Source of the DNA: Candidatus Latescibacterota bacterium
Lineage (GTDB): Bacteria > Latescibacterota > CBDEFO01
DNA: 64,000 bases
Assembly: GCA_965237525.1 (NCBI GenBank)
Contig: CBDEFO010000003.1
Span: 192,001-256,000 of the forward strand
Direction of reading: 5' to 3'
The notes below the pieces were generated by a model. The model had not been told where the DNA came from and did not search any database. It worked only from the letters and a program-made list of their open reading frames with translations. The position numbers and the translations under genes are program-made. Positions 1 to 9,769 of the stretch are shown piece after piece; position 1 is the first letter of the stretch, and each line of letters starts with the position of its first letter.

Positions 1-146
1 AGCTGAACCTCGCTGCGCCGGCAGATAGCCACAATCTCGGCATCTTGCGATGCTGCAAGGTCAGGCATATGCCTCCTTGAGGCGAACCATCCCGCTCCGA
101 TCACCCCTATCTGCAATTTCCGCTCCGTGCTCATAAGAGAAGGCAT
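1..146 (-). CDS. Gfo/Idh/MocA family oxidoreductase, N-terminus only (runs off window)
   Basis: Manual minus-strand translation MPSLMSTERKLQIGVIGAGWFASRRHMPDLAASQDAEIVAICRRSE has the Rossmann GVIGAG and IVAIC motifs; start at 146 or 134. Confidence 0.8.
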   Translation of the reverse strand, partial: MPSLMSTERKLQIGVIGAGWFASRRHMPDLAASQDAEIVAICRRSEVQ

Positions 147-242
147 TGAGGCTGTCCCCTCTATCTGAAAGAGAGGTTTCCCATGCTCCTTTCCTGCAAA
201 TACTACTGTCCCCGTTAGTAGGGGAAGACGCGAGCGTCTACC

Positions 243-1544
243 GGTTATTTATCAAATGAAATCGGTGCACTTCTCTTTCGATCTTTGATTGATCTTGAAT
301 GATAGGTTTTCGACAATCTTTGGTTTCTGTTCTTTTTCAAAATGGATGTATAATTGTTCTTCTTTTAGGTTCCATTCAGCCAGGACAAAGTAGTTGGTGT
401 AAGAGGAGGGAAGAGATACTTTCTCATTTAGGACATCGATAAAGGCTTTATCTGTCTGTTCTGTGTCCTGTTTGACTTGTCTGATAAAATAGGTCTTGGG
501 AATGAAATCTTTCTCGTTTGACTTCTCTTGCTTAGGTGGACGGTAGCCGGTGTATCTCTGTGATGAAAGATTAAACCATTCTAACTTCTGATCAACTTCT
601 TGTAAGCTTTTGAACTGAATTCTGTTCCAGAACTTCCTTGAAAATACAGAATTGTTGCCTTCTATAGATGCTTGAGAAAAGGGCCTTCTGGGAACGGCAA
701 ATATCGGAATCACTTGATTTTTCAAGAGAAACTGCATTGCTTTGCTGACATTCCTTTTACCTGAAACACTGCCAATAGTCGCCGAGCAATTGTCCACCTT
801 AACGAAATCTGGTTTTTCAAACCTGTCAAAGAAAGACTGACACTTCTCGATAAAGTTAGTTGCTGTTTGACCGTCAACCCGCCGAAAATACCTTAACTTA
901 GGCTCTTTCTTAAAGGAAAATCCAACGAAGTTGACCGGCTCAGTTCTGCCGGTAAGATACTTTTTACCAATAAAGTCTGATTCTAGGACTCTGCCTCCTG
1001 AAAGATAGTAAATGGTATACTCTGGATAACAAAGATAACGAGATGCACCCTTGTTTTTACCTTTCTTCCTTCTCTGGGAAAGTCCTAAATCTGAAAGCAT
1101 TCTGCCGATAGTCGGCAACGACGGAGGAGGGGTGCTAGAATATCGATTCCTCCATTCTTGTTCAATAACAGTGGCTCCTGAATAGAACTGATAAGGATCG
1201 TCCTCTAAGCTATGGTAAATCTCTTTGATTCTCTGTTCGTCAACTTTAGCCAATTTTCGCCTTTTTCCTTTTGGCCAACCCCGATTATCCATGGCAAAAT
1301 CCTGATCCAGAGATTTAGTCCAAGCCGTAACGAAATCATTGGAAACTCTCGCTTGTTTGATAACTTCTCGCTTTGACATTTCTTTCTTAAAATACATCTC
1401 GTTGACTTCTTGTCTTAATACGGCCAATCTCTCTTTGTCCATAGGACTCCGTAGATTAAAGTTAAGACAATCAACTCAACTTAATCTACTAATACTCTAA
1501 ACAAAGATCAAATTAGGTGCACCGATTTCATTTGATATTCAACC
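243..1544 (-). mobile_element. Insertion sequence, 1302 bp, copy 1 (rve-type DDE transposase)
   Basis: 28-bp TIRs GGTTATTTATCAAATGAAATCGGTGCAC / GTGCACCGATTTCATTTGATATTCAACC (3 mismatches); 6-bp direct repeat TCTACC at 237-242 and 1545-1550; second copy at 54985-56286. Confidence 0.95.
252..1442 (-). CDS. Transposase (HTH + integrase core, IS481/IS3-like DDE)
   Basis: DDE-like motifs LESDFIG, KVDN, PFSQASIEGNN; enclosed by TIRs; the stop codon lies in the TIR. Confidence 0.88.
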   Translation of the reverse strand: MDKERLAVLRQEVNEMYFKKEMSKREVIKQARVSNDFVTAWTKSLDQDFAMDNRGWPKGKRRKLAKVDEQRIKEIYHSLEDDPYQFYSGATVIEQEWRNRYSSTPPPSLPTIGRMLSDLGLSQRRKKGKNKGASRYLCYPEYTIYYLSGGRVLESDFIGKKYLTGRTEPVNFVGFSFKKEPKLRYFRRVDGQTATNFIEKCQSFFDRFEKPDFVKVDNCSATIGSVSGKRNVSKAMQFLLKNQVIPIFAVPRRPFSQASIEGNNSVFSRKFWNRIQFKSLQEVDQKLEWFNLSSQRYTGYRPPKQEKSNEKDFIPKTYFIRQVKQDTEQTDKAFIDVLNEKVSLPSSYTNYFVLAEWNLKEEQLYIHFEKEQKPKIVENLSFKINQRSKEKCTDFI

Positions 1545-1617
1545 TCTACCCTCTAAATATGCTTAAATCAGGCACAGACTCAGGGCCGACCCCACGCAAC
1601 TCTACGTCAAAAAGTGC

Positions 1618-1646
1618 TTGCTTTAAACCAGCATATCTGTTAGATT
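1618..1646 (+). promoter_or_regulatory. Putative sigma70 promoter of rpmB
   Basis: TTGCTT-N17-TAGATT with a TG extension. Confidence 0.5.
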
Positions 1647-1704
1647 TTATCTTTATCTCTTTCTTAGAACAATTCAGAAAAATAGAAAGTGAGGTCAACT
1701 TAAC

Positions 1705-1935
1705 ATGGCAAGGAGATGTGGAATCTGCGGCAAAGGTCCTGTCAGCGGCAATACTGTTGCGCGCAGAGGGTCACCTAAGAGAAAGGGCGGAGCCGGAAGG
1801 AAGATCACCGGCATCACTAAACGCACTTTCAAGCCTAATCTACAGAGAATAAGAGCTGTGGTGGACGGATCGCCGAGAAGGATAAAAGTCTGCACCCGAT
1901 GCATACGCTCCGGCAGAATAACCAAAGCGGCGTAA
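1705..1935 (+). CDS. rpmB: 50S ribosomal protein L28 (zinc-binding C+ form)
   Basis: MARRCGICGKGPVSGN...TKRTFKPNLQ...KVCTRCIRSG; SD GAGGT upstream. Confidence 0.97.
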   Translation: MARRCGICGKGPVSGNTVARRGSPKRKGGAGRKITGITKRTFKPNLQRIRAVVDGSPRRIKVCTRCIRSGRITKAA

Positions 1936-2172
1936 CACTTTGAATTTCAGCTCGACCGGCGCAAGTCCCTGAAGACAGATGTGAGCAGCAGTCCGTCCTC
2001 TTTCCTGTCCTTTGTCTGCAGGCAACGATAAAGCACAAATCGATTCCCTCGAAATCCAGCCACTCATCTTTCTACTGAACTCAAAACAAGGGCGGTATCA
2101 TTTTGATTTCATCTGGATGATAGAGAAAATAGGGAAAAGAAACTCAAAAGTCAAGTAAGGAAAAAAGTTGTT

Positions 2173-3006
2173 TTAGTCGGCAAACTCCACCTGAATCTGC
2201 TTGGGGACCACCTCCTCCTCAAAGCCCCGTCCGAGGAGCGTCTCTATAGCCCTTTTGCCTCTCTGTCCGCAGTCGAGTGTGTAATCGTTGACGTACATCC
2301 CGATGAACGTATCGGCCAAGTTCTCATCCATACCCCTTGCCCAGTTTAAAGCGTAAGACAGGGCCTCCTTTCGATGATCCAGCGAATATTGTATGCTTGC
2401 AAGCACTATCCGCCCGATAAGTTTCATCTTCTCCTCGCCCAAATCCTTCCTCACCACATTTCCCCCTAAGGGCAGTGGAAGTCCCGTCTCTTGATGCCAC
2501 CACTCTCCTAAATCTATAATCTTGTGGAGTCCCATCTTTTTGTACGTCAACTGGCCTTCGTGTATGATAAGACCCGCATCTGCCTTCCCATCTGCTACTC
2601 TTTCTAATATCTGATCGAACGGAACTACGATATATTCAAATTCTTTGATAACGAGCTTCAAGGTCAAGAAAGCCGTAGTCATAGTCCCCGGTATCGCTAT
2701 CTTCTTTGCCACAATCTCATCTGCAGTAGTAAAGTCCGAAGAAACCAGTAGTGGACCGTAGCGGTCCCCCATGCTCGCCCCAGAGGTCAAGAGAGAATAG
2801 TTATCCGAGACGTAGGCGTAAGCGTGGATTGAGATAGCCGTCACTTCCAACTCACCTCTGAGAGCCCTTCGATTCAAGGACTCTATGTCCTCCACCACGT
2901 GTTCAAACTCAAGTCCACAGGTGTCTATCTTCCCTTCAGCCAGACCGTAGAACATAAACGCATCGTCCGAATCGGGGCTGTGTCCGAGTCTTATGGCATC
3001 TTTCAT
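2173..3006 (-). CDS. mqnD: 1,4-dihydroxy-6-naphthoate synthase
   Basis: LGHSPDSDDAFMFY, IIHEGQLTY and PLPLGG motifs; futalosine cluster. Confidence 0.93.
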   Translation of the reverse strand: MKDAIRLGHSPDSDDAFMFYGLAEGKIDTCGLEFEHVVEDIESLNRRALRGELEVTAISIHAYAYVSDNYSLLTSGASMGDRYGPLLVSSDFTTADEIVAKKIAIPGTMTTAFLTLKLVIKEFEYIVVPFDQILERVADGKADAGLIIHEGQLTYKKMGLHKIIDLGEWWHQETGLPLPLGGNVVRKDLGEEKMKLIGRIVLASIQYSLDHRKEALSYALNWARGMDENLADTFIGMYVNDYTLDCGQRGKRAIETLLGRGFEEEVVPKQIQVEFAD

Positions 3007-3009
3007 CTA

Positions 3010-3627
3010 CTATTCTCCCGAACTTTTCGAACCTTGCCACTCAGGGTAGAGTTTATGCTCTATTCCCAGGAGACTCAGCACGCGTCCTGCGATGAAATCT
3101 CCGAGGTCGTCGAAGGTTCTGGGCTTTTGATAGAACGCCGGCATCGCAGGCACCACCCTTGCACCGGCTTCAGCTACAGATACCATATTGCGGAGTTGTA
3201 TCAGGTTCATCGGCGTCTCCCGTGGGACGATGATCAAGGGCTTGCCCTCCTTGAGCGTCACATCCGCAGCCCTTTCAAGCAGTGTGCTTGAAGACCCACA
3301 AGCTATTGCAGATAGCGTCTTTGCAGAGCAGGGAACCACAACCATGCCGTCCGTCTTGACAGAGCCGCTTGCCAGAGTCGCCGAGAGGTCGTTTATGTTG
3401 TGCTCCGTTAGGATGCCGTTTGTGACTTCGTTCCCGTACAAGCGTATCAGAAAATCGCTGAACTTCTCCTTGGACGGCTCAAAATCGGTCTCGTCCTGGA
3501 GCAGAAAACGTCCGTACTTGGATATAACAAGTCCCACCCGGTGACCCCCCACAAGGAGGGATCTTAGAAGCCTCAACGCGTAGACTGCCCCGCTGGCTCC
3601 TGTTATAGCCACAACAATATGTTTCAT
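3010..3627 (-). CDS. ubiX: Flavin prenyltransferase UbiX (MqnM-type)
   Basis: ITGASGAVY, PCSAKTL, RAADVTLKE, PRETP, PAMPAFY. Confidence 0.95.
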   Translation of the reverse strand: MKHIVVAITGASGAVYALRLLRSLLVGGHRVGLVISKYGRFLLQDETDFEPSKEKFSDFLIRLYGNEVTNGILTEHNINDLSATLASGSVKTDGMVVVPCSAKTLSAIACGSSSTLLERAADVTLKEGKPLIIVPRETPMNLIQLRNMVSVAEAGARVVPAMPAFYQKPRTFDDLGDFIAGRVLSLLGIEHKLYPEWQGSKSSGE

Positions 3628-3630
3628 TCT

Positions 3631-4509
3631 TTACTCGATAAAGATAGGCTGAGTCCACGCCATCGCTCCGCCGGAGCCGTAGCATTCAGCCCTGACATAG
3701 ACCACCTCGTCTGACTCTATATTTTTAAACTCAGAGATCGAAAACGAAGCCTGAGGAGCATCTACGGTGGAGCGAATCCAACGGTGTCTTGTTATAAAGC
3801 ATATCCTCTGGCAGTTCGCCGTAGAGACAAAGATCGTATCTCCATCCACCCTAAAATCCCTAATCTCCACACCTGTGGATGAATAGAATGAACCACTCCT
3901 TATCGCCTCCAATATGCCTTCCAGGCTATTATCGTTCGTCTTGACTACAATCCACGCCTTCTCCACGTCATCGGGCTTGTGTGAATCGTCATTGGCGAAT
4001 CCCCATACCCTCCTTCCGTGCGATAACAACATATCCCATTTGTCTATCGCAAGGGAAGCCCCGCGTTCGCGCTCGATCACTCCGTTGTAGATCTCTATCC
4101 CGACATAGCCCTCTAACGCCTCCATCAACTCCTGCGGGAAATGATTGAAATCTTCCAGCCAATTCGGGTGATTCAGGATAGCCATCGCCCCCTGAGCGTT
4201 TATTTTTTCGATCACAGGCTGCCTGTCGGAATCGGGCTCAATCCTCTCTTTCGTCCCCACATGAAGGATGTGAGGACCGTTTGCAGTGACTTCCACACCC
4301 GGAATTAGCGTCATCTTCGTAGAACTTTGATAATCCTCAGGCTTTACAAATCTATCGTGATCGGAAATAGACAAAAAATCGTATCCCCTCGAATCATAAT
4401 CGGCGATGACCTCCTCAGGAGGACAACTTCCGTCGCTCAGCGTTGTATGCGTATGAAGATTTCCCTTAAACCAACGCCCACCTTCGATGTAAGAACTGAC
4501 AAGTTTCAT
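3631..4509 (-). CDS. PHP-domain metallohydrolase (CehA/McbA-like)
   Basis: WFKGNLHTHTTLSDG, SDHD, NHP, DDSH motifs; likely start MKLVSS at 4509 rather than 4638. Confidence 0.85.
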   Translation of the reverse strand: MKLVSSYIEGGRWFKGNLHTHTTLSDGSCPPEEVIADYDSRGYDFLSISDHDRFVKPEDYQSSTKMTLIPGVEVTANGPHILHVGTKERIEPDSDRQPVIEKINAQGAMAILNHPNWLEDFNHFPQELMEALEGYVGIEIYNGVIERERGASLAIDKWDMLLSHGRRVWGFANDDSHKPDDVEKAWIVVKTNDNSLEGILEAIRSGSFYSSTGVEIRDFRVDGDTIFVSTANCQRICFITRHRWIRSTVDAPQASFSISEFKNIESDEVVYVRAECYGSGGAMAWTQPIFIE

Positions 4510-4693
4510 CTTAATACCCTTTACCTGTGATTCAGGTTTGTACGAATGCTTGGATGGACTCGTATCGAGGAGGATACTTGGCTTTACTGGTAGCAAATAA
4601 TATATTATCTGTCGTGTCCAATTTCCTTCTACTTGCATGGAAACTTGGCTTATTTCTTTTAGTAACTGCTTTTCCCACGTCGATGATTTGTCT

Positions 4694-5422
4694 TTACTTC
4701 TGGGAAAAGTGACGTTCCCATGTGGGATTGAGCGTCATTTCATGCCCAGAATAGATGTTATAGTTCAACTTTACTAAATCCCTACATTCGAGCCTCGCAT
4801 CAGACACAGCTCGACTAGCCCCAATTTTGGAGAACCCATAGTTTTCCCTAAGGTGTACTTTGATTGCAGATTCCTTGACGGTAGAGCCGCCCAAGTCCCG
4901 AAGAGCAGCTATAACTTTACACGAATTTGGAGAAAGCTTTTCCCATTTGGACAAAAAGAGATCGTCATCAGCAAAGGAAGGCTCAGATACAGTTTTTCCC
5001 GTTTGTCCATTCAGTTTTCCTAACTTTTGCAAGATCATTGTGCCGAGTTGTTCAGGGGTCTTTTCTGATAAGTCCACATATCCCATGGTTGGTCGTATTC
5101 CCGGGATTTCAGTGTCATCAAATTGTGCAGGAAGTATATATTCAATTTTTTCTATTATTGCCTTTGCCAATGCACTTTGCCTTTCATAAATAGGCCATGC
5201 TTTATTAGCATAATGCTTTGATATGAACATTACACAATATCGAGCACCTCCTCTATAAATTTTATCAAAATATTCTGATAAGTCTGTACCCCACAAGACT
5301 ACTTCTTGGTGCTTGTCATAGAAAACTTCGACATTATTATCCGTCAGATACTGTGCTACCCCTTCTACGTACTCCCGATCTTCACCTGCAAATGACAAGA
5401 CTATTTCGTAGGCTTTTTCCAT
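4694..5422 (-). CDS. TIR-domain protein with a C-terminal helical (possibly winged-helix) domain
   Basis: YEIVLSFAGEDREYV, VFYD, FISKHY, WPIYERQ (putative catalytic Glu), ILPAQFDDTEIPG; AT-rich compared with neighbours. Confidence 0.88.
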   Translation of the reverse strand: MEKAYEIVLSFAGEDREYVEGVAQYLTDNNVEVFYDKHQEVVLWGTDLSEYFDKIYRGGARYCVMFISKHYANKAWPIYERQSALAKAIIEKIEYILPAQFDDTEIPGIRPTMGYVDLSEKTPEQLGTMILQKLGKLNGQTGKTVSEPSFADDDLFLSKWEKLSPNSCKVIAALRDLGGSTVKESAIKVHLRENYGFSKIGASRAVSDARLECRDLVKLNYNIYSGHEMTLNPTWERHFSQK

Positions 5423-5431
5423 TGTCTTTAG

Positions 5432-6328
5432 CTAACCATTGAGCAGAGAAGGAATTTTGCTGTTGCACAAGACATCCCCCAAAGTAAATGCGAAATAGAG
5501 GATGCTGATAACTCCGTTCATATTGAAAAAGGCCACACTTACCTTGGAAAGATCATCTGACTTTACAAGGCTATGTTCGTAGATCAGGACTGCCCCGACG
5601 ATTATCACCCCTGCAATATAGATACTGTTCAGCCCTAACAGAGGCTTGATAGATAAAAGCAATAACAGCGAGATTATATGAAATATCCTCGCTGTTATTA
5701 GTGCCCATCTGATTCCGAATCTCTGAGGGATGGAGCAGAGCTTATTGGAAGTGTCAAACTCGTAGTCCTGACAGGCGTATATAACGTCGAAGCCCGAAAC
5801 CCACATCAGAACCGCGAGACCCAATATAAGCGGCGCGGCGTCCAGAGTGCCCGTCACAGCTATCCAAGCTCCTATGGGGGCAAGGCTCAACGATAAGCCC
5901 AAAAAAAGGTGAGTCACCCAGGTGTACCTCTTCGTATAAGAGTAAAGAAAGACAATCGCCAGAGCCAGGGGCGACAGATAGAAACACAACCGGTTCAGGT
6001 TATATGCCGAAAATACCAACACCAGTGACGAAATGGAGACAAATATCACCACAGAGGGAGGCGACAGGAGTCCTTGCGGCAGTTCCCGATTGCGAGTTCT
6101 GGGATTTACTTCATCTATCCTTCTGTCCACCAGACGGTTGAATCCCATCGCCGCGCTCCTCGCTCCCACCATAGCTAAAACTATCCAGAACACCTGCTGT
6201 GAACTTATTCCCACTTTTGCCGCCGCCAAAACTGCCCCAGATAAGGCAAAAGGGAGCGCAAAGACGCTGTGGGAGAACTTGATCATCCTCCCGTAGGTGA
6301 CTATAGTATTCGTCAACCCGTTCATCAC
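5432..6328 (-). CDS. ubiA: UbiA-family polyprenyltransferase (MqnP-type)
   Basis: IKFSHSVFALPFA, NRLVDRRIDEVNPRT, YSYTKR, GFDVIYACQD. Confidence 0.93.
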   Translation of the reverse strand: MMNGLTNTIVTYGRMIKFSHSVFALPFALSGAVLAAAKVGISSQQVFWIVLAMVGARSAAMGFNRLVDRRIDEVNPRTRNRELPQGLLSPPSVVIFVSISSLVLVFSAYNLNRLCFYLSPLALAIVFLYSYTKRYTWVTHLFLGLSLSLAPIGAWIAVTGTLDAAPLILGLAVLMWVSGFDVIYACQDYEFDTSNKLCSIPQRFGIRWALITARIFHIISLLLLLSIKPLLGLNSIYIAGVIIVGAVLIYEHSLVKSDDLSKVSVAFFNMNGVISILYFAFTLGDVLCNSKIPSLLNG

Positions 6329-6460
6329 TTTTATAACCGATCTGCCGAAGTTCCAAGCACACTTACCAGTAAGCCTGTTGGATTATCGTCCAGAGGCATC
6401 CCTCAACGCAGGCCAATCCTGCATTCTCCTGAGGGAAGCAGGGCCTATGGTCCATGATTC

Positions 6461-7681
6461 TCAGGACCATAGAGGTTCGATCATCTTCTGTTCAACCGAT
6501 TCGACTAAATATTCGTAAGGATCTTTCACTGTTCTACCGTCTAAACCTATGGCAATCATACTCGCTGCTTTGCCCTTCCGTATGCTCCCCATATTCTTAT
6601 CCAGCCCCAAAGCCGCAGCTCCGTTCAACGTTGCCATCTCCACAATCCTTTGGGGCACTACGTCCGGATACAATTCATGCATAGCCTTCATCTCGTTGAA
6701 CAGATTCAGGTCTTCCACGCTGGCAAGGCTGTCCGTCCCTATACAGACGTTTATATTAGCATCCCAAAACCGACCGAGGGGGGCCACGCCGACCCTCAAG
6801 TTCCTGTTGCTGCGGGGACACAGACACACGCTTACTTTTCTTTTCTTTAATATCTGGATATCCTCATCTGTAGGATACACAACGTGCACAGCCAGCGTCT
6901 GAAAGTCCCAGAAATTCAGCTTATCCAAATATTGCACAGGTGTGGTTCCGGGGATCTCCCATTCACTGTTCCATGCGCCTGCGAACTGCAGGAGTCTCTT
7001 GAATCTGCCCTGCCCCGTATCTATAAAAAGAATCTCCTCCTCTGACTCGCAAAGGTGAACAGTCCTGATCTGATCACGCTCCCTTATTTGTCTGAAAAGC
7101 TGAGGTGAGACAGAGTAGGGAGCATGTGGACTCAGAGCATATTTTAAGCGTTTGCTTTCGGGAAAGTCGCTAAGAAGCTTCGTGCCCTTTTGAAAAACCT
7201 CATACGCCTTATCTTCAGCAAATCCGATCAATTCGTGAAAAATTACGCCTGTAAGCCGGCTTTTGTATATCAAAGGGACAGAAGACCCCGTATTAGTCAC
7301 GTCACCAATAGCCACAGTCCCCGTAGAGATCACTTCGGAAATAGCCTGCTCTATGGCCTCTTCATCCTTTTCCGGGCTGCGCCTCCACCTTTTTAGTACG
7401 AGCTTCTTAATCCAATCGACGAAATCCCCTTCGTTTCTTATCTCTCCTTTTAGAGAAGATAGCTCTAAATGCGTATGGGCGTTGACAAGACCCGGAAGGA
7501 TAATCGAATCATCAAAGTCAGAAATTTCTCCGCTGTATGTCCCCAGTATATCCCGTCTCTTTCCAAAATCCAGGATAGTCGAATCGCGAATAACTACGGC
7601 TCCGTCCTCTATCGGCGGAGTCGCGACGGGCAGCACCCACTTGGCGGTGTAAATCTGTTCGATCTGTTCCGAGATCTCTAT
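6461..7681 (-). CDS. Amidohydrolase, probable aminofutalosine deaminase
   Basis: PGLVNAHTHLE, SPHAPYS, HLCES, CPRSN, GTDS; futalosine context. The reading frame extends upstream of GTG 7636 to ATA 7681 next to an SD. Confidence 0.8.
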   Translation of the reverse strand: MEISEQIEQIYTAKWVLPVATPPIEDGAVVIRDSTILDFGKRRDILGTYSGEISDFDDSIILPGLVNAHTHLELSSLKGEIRNEGDFVDWIKKLVLKRWRRSPEKDEEAIEQAISEVISTGTVAIGDVTNTGSSVPLIYKSRLTGVIFHELIGFAEDKAYEVFQKGTKLLSDFPESKRLKYALSPHAPYSVSPQLFRQIRERDQIRTVHLCESEEEILFIDTGQGRFKRLLQFAGAWNSEWEIPGTTPVQYLDKLNFWDFQTLAVHVVYPTDEDIQILKKRKVSVCLCPRSNRNLRVGVAPLGRFWDANINVCIGTDSLASVEDLNLFNEMKAMHELYPDVVPQRIVEMATLNGAAALGLDKNMGSIRKGKAASMIAIGLDGRTVKDPYEYLVESVEQKMIEPLWS

Positions 7682-7689
7682 GGAACTCC

Positions 7690-8502
7690 TTAGCTGTTGT
7701 AAAACCTGATTTCGGGCATCCGTTCCCCGGTTAAATCGGGGATTAATCCCAGACGGGTACTATACCTAAAAAACTCTCTAAGTCCCTCAACCTCTCTGTC
7801 ACCGAGGATGTAATTTATCTTATTTTTTAGATAATCCTTGTAAACCTCCGATGATCCGGAATGATGCTGGGCGTATTCGGAGGATATTTCGTCTATATGA
7901 CCAGTTCCGACTTCTGCAGCCTGAATCAACGTTTGAACATCCTCTTTAGGCAGAGCGTCCCTGCGTCCCGACCAGAAGGCGTAGACAAAGGGGAGTCCCG
8001 TAAGCTCCGTCCACTCCTTTCCCATATCGAGTCTTGGGATCTCAGTCAGACTGTCCAGCACACTGTCTCCAATCATCAATGCTGCATCGGCTTTCTGGAG
8101 CATCGAATCCAGGTCAGGACGGCATCGTATAAAATGAGGCTCTATCCCGTATTTTTCCTTTAAAACGATCTTTGTCAACGCTTCAGACGATCTGGAATTT
8201 CTGTCAACCGCCACAGTTTTGATCTTGCCAATCTGTTCAATCTGTGGGGCAAAAACCCCCACGCTCCCTACAGGACCATACGAAGATATGCATATTTGGG
8301 GGACTATATGATAAGGGTCGGGACTCCTGGCGTACTCAATAGAAGGTATCAGGCCCACTTCGGTCTCGCCGCGCGCAAGTTTATCCGAACAGGCGGATGG
8401 AACGTCGTAGATAATTTGGAAGTCGTGACTGATCAGGCATCTTTCTAAAGCGTATAAAAGCGGCTTGGAATTTAGAAAACTTACAGCGCCTAAGACTGGC
8501 AT
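7690..8502 (-). CDS. mqnA: Chorismate dehydratase
   Basis: LGAVSFLNSKPL, LMIGD, DMGKEWTELTGLPFVYAFW. Confidence 0.93.
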   Translation of the reverse strand: MPVLGAVSFLNSKPLLYALERCLISHDFQIIYDVPSACSDKLARGETEVGLIPSIEYARSPDPYHIVPQICISSYGPVGSVGVFAPQIEQIGKIKTVAVDRNSRSSEALTKIVLKEKYGIEPHFIRCRPDLDSMLQKADAALMIGDSVLDSLTEIPRLDMGKEWTELTGLPFVYAFWSGRRDALPKEDVQTLIQAAEVGTGHIDEISSEYAQHHSGSSEVYKDYLKNKINYILGDREVEGLREFFRYSTRLGLIPDLTGERMPEIRFYNS

Positions 8503-9608
8503 CGCTCCTCGGAAGAATCTAATATCTGATATTTCGTATTCCTGCGGCGCGGCTCGTATCCCGCATCAGTTATAAGATGATGTATCTTCTCAATCGACAT
8601 TTGGAATCTGGTTCCTGCCGCACTCACCACGTTCTCCTCCATCATTGTGCTGCCGAAGTCGTTGACCCCGTACTTAAGCCCGATCTGAGCTATCTTCTCC
8701 CCTTGAGTTACCCACGACGCCTGAAAGTTGTCTATATTATCCAGCATAAGGCGTGCGATAGCTATGGTCCTCAGATAATCGTAGCCGGTGGCCTTCTTTC
8801 CGTTCCAGCCGCCGCTCCGGGCAAGCTCGGTTTCGTCCGGCTGAAAGCTCCACGCTATAAACGCCGTGAAACCTCCTGCTTCGTCCTGAAGCTCCCTTAT
8901 CCTCAGAAGGTGCTCCACGCGCTGTTCGTCGGTCTCCACCGACCCGTACATCATCGTCGCAGTCGTCCTTATACCTAAATTGTGCGCCGTTTGATGCACC
9001 TCCAGCCACTGTTGGGTCGTATCCTTCCTGAAGGCTATCTGATCCCGAACATCGTCGGATAAAATCTCCGCCCCCGCTCCGGGGATAGAATCCAGGCCTG
9101 CGTCCCTTAGCCTCTCTATCGTCTCTTTTATAGATAGGCGCGAGATATGGGCTATATATATAATCTCCGTGGCTGAAAGAGAATGTATATGCACGGGGAA
9201 GCGCTCTTTGATGGAGCTTAGCAGATCCTCATAGTAATCTATCCTCAACTTGGGGTTGAGTCCGCCCTGCATCAGGATTTCACATGAGTAGGGCTCGGCC
9301 CCCCCTACATCTACCAACTCCTGGATCTTGTCGAATATCTGTTCCTTTGAGAGCAGATATCCCTCATCAGATCCGGGGGGGCGGTAGAAGGCGCAGAAAG
9401 AACATCTCACCCAGCAAACATTCGTATAGTTGATGTTCCGACCAATATTAAAGGTCACCATCTTTTCGGGGTGCTTCTTGAGCCTCACATAATCGGCCAA
9501 CATTCCCAACTCCGGGAGGTTGTGATGCTTAAACAACCTGATGCCGTCTTTAAATTCCAATCTCTCTTGGGAGAAGACCTTTTCTGTTATATCTGAAATG
9601 TCTTTCAT
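8490..9608 (-). CDS. mqnC: Cyclic dehypoxanthinyl futalosine synthase (radical SAM)
   Basis: RNINYTNVCWVRCSFC, QASWVTQG, NDFGSTMMEENVV. Confidence 0.92.
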   Translation of the reverse strand: MKDISDITEKVFSQERLEFKDGIRLFKHHNLPELGMLADYVRLKKHPEKMVTFNIGRNINYTNVCWVRCSFCAFYRPPGSDEGYLLSKEQIFDKIQELVDVGGAEPYSCEILMQGGLNPKLRIDYYEDLLSSIKERFPVHIHSLSATEIIYIAHISRLSIKETIERLRDAGLDSIPGAGAEILSDDVRDQIAFRKDTTQQWLEVHQTAHNLGIRTTATMMYGSVETDEQRVEHLLRIRELQDEAGGFTAFIAWSFQPDETELARSGGWNGKKATGYDYLRTIAIARLMLDNIDNFQASWVTQGEKIAQIGLKYGVNDFGSTMMEENVVSAAGTRFQMSIEKIHHLITDAGYEPRRRNTKYQILDSSEERCQS

Positions 9609-9647
9609 AAGCTTTTCGCCTTATAGAGTAAACAGAGAATAGGGAAT

Positions 9648-9700
9648 GAGATTGCTTAGCTGACCCTTCGCTTCGCTCTGGGCTTCGGCTCGCAATGACG
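9648..9700. repeat. REP-like hairpin GAGATTGC...CGCAATGAC with a nested CCCTTCGCTTCGCTCTGGG palindrome
   Basis: The same outer arms recur at 48175-48222. Confidence 0.6.
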
Positions 9701-9769
9701 CCGTTTAGCTGGTTCATTGCGATGGGGACAAATACCCCGAAGAAATCCCCCATTGAAGCGTCAATAGAT

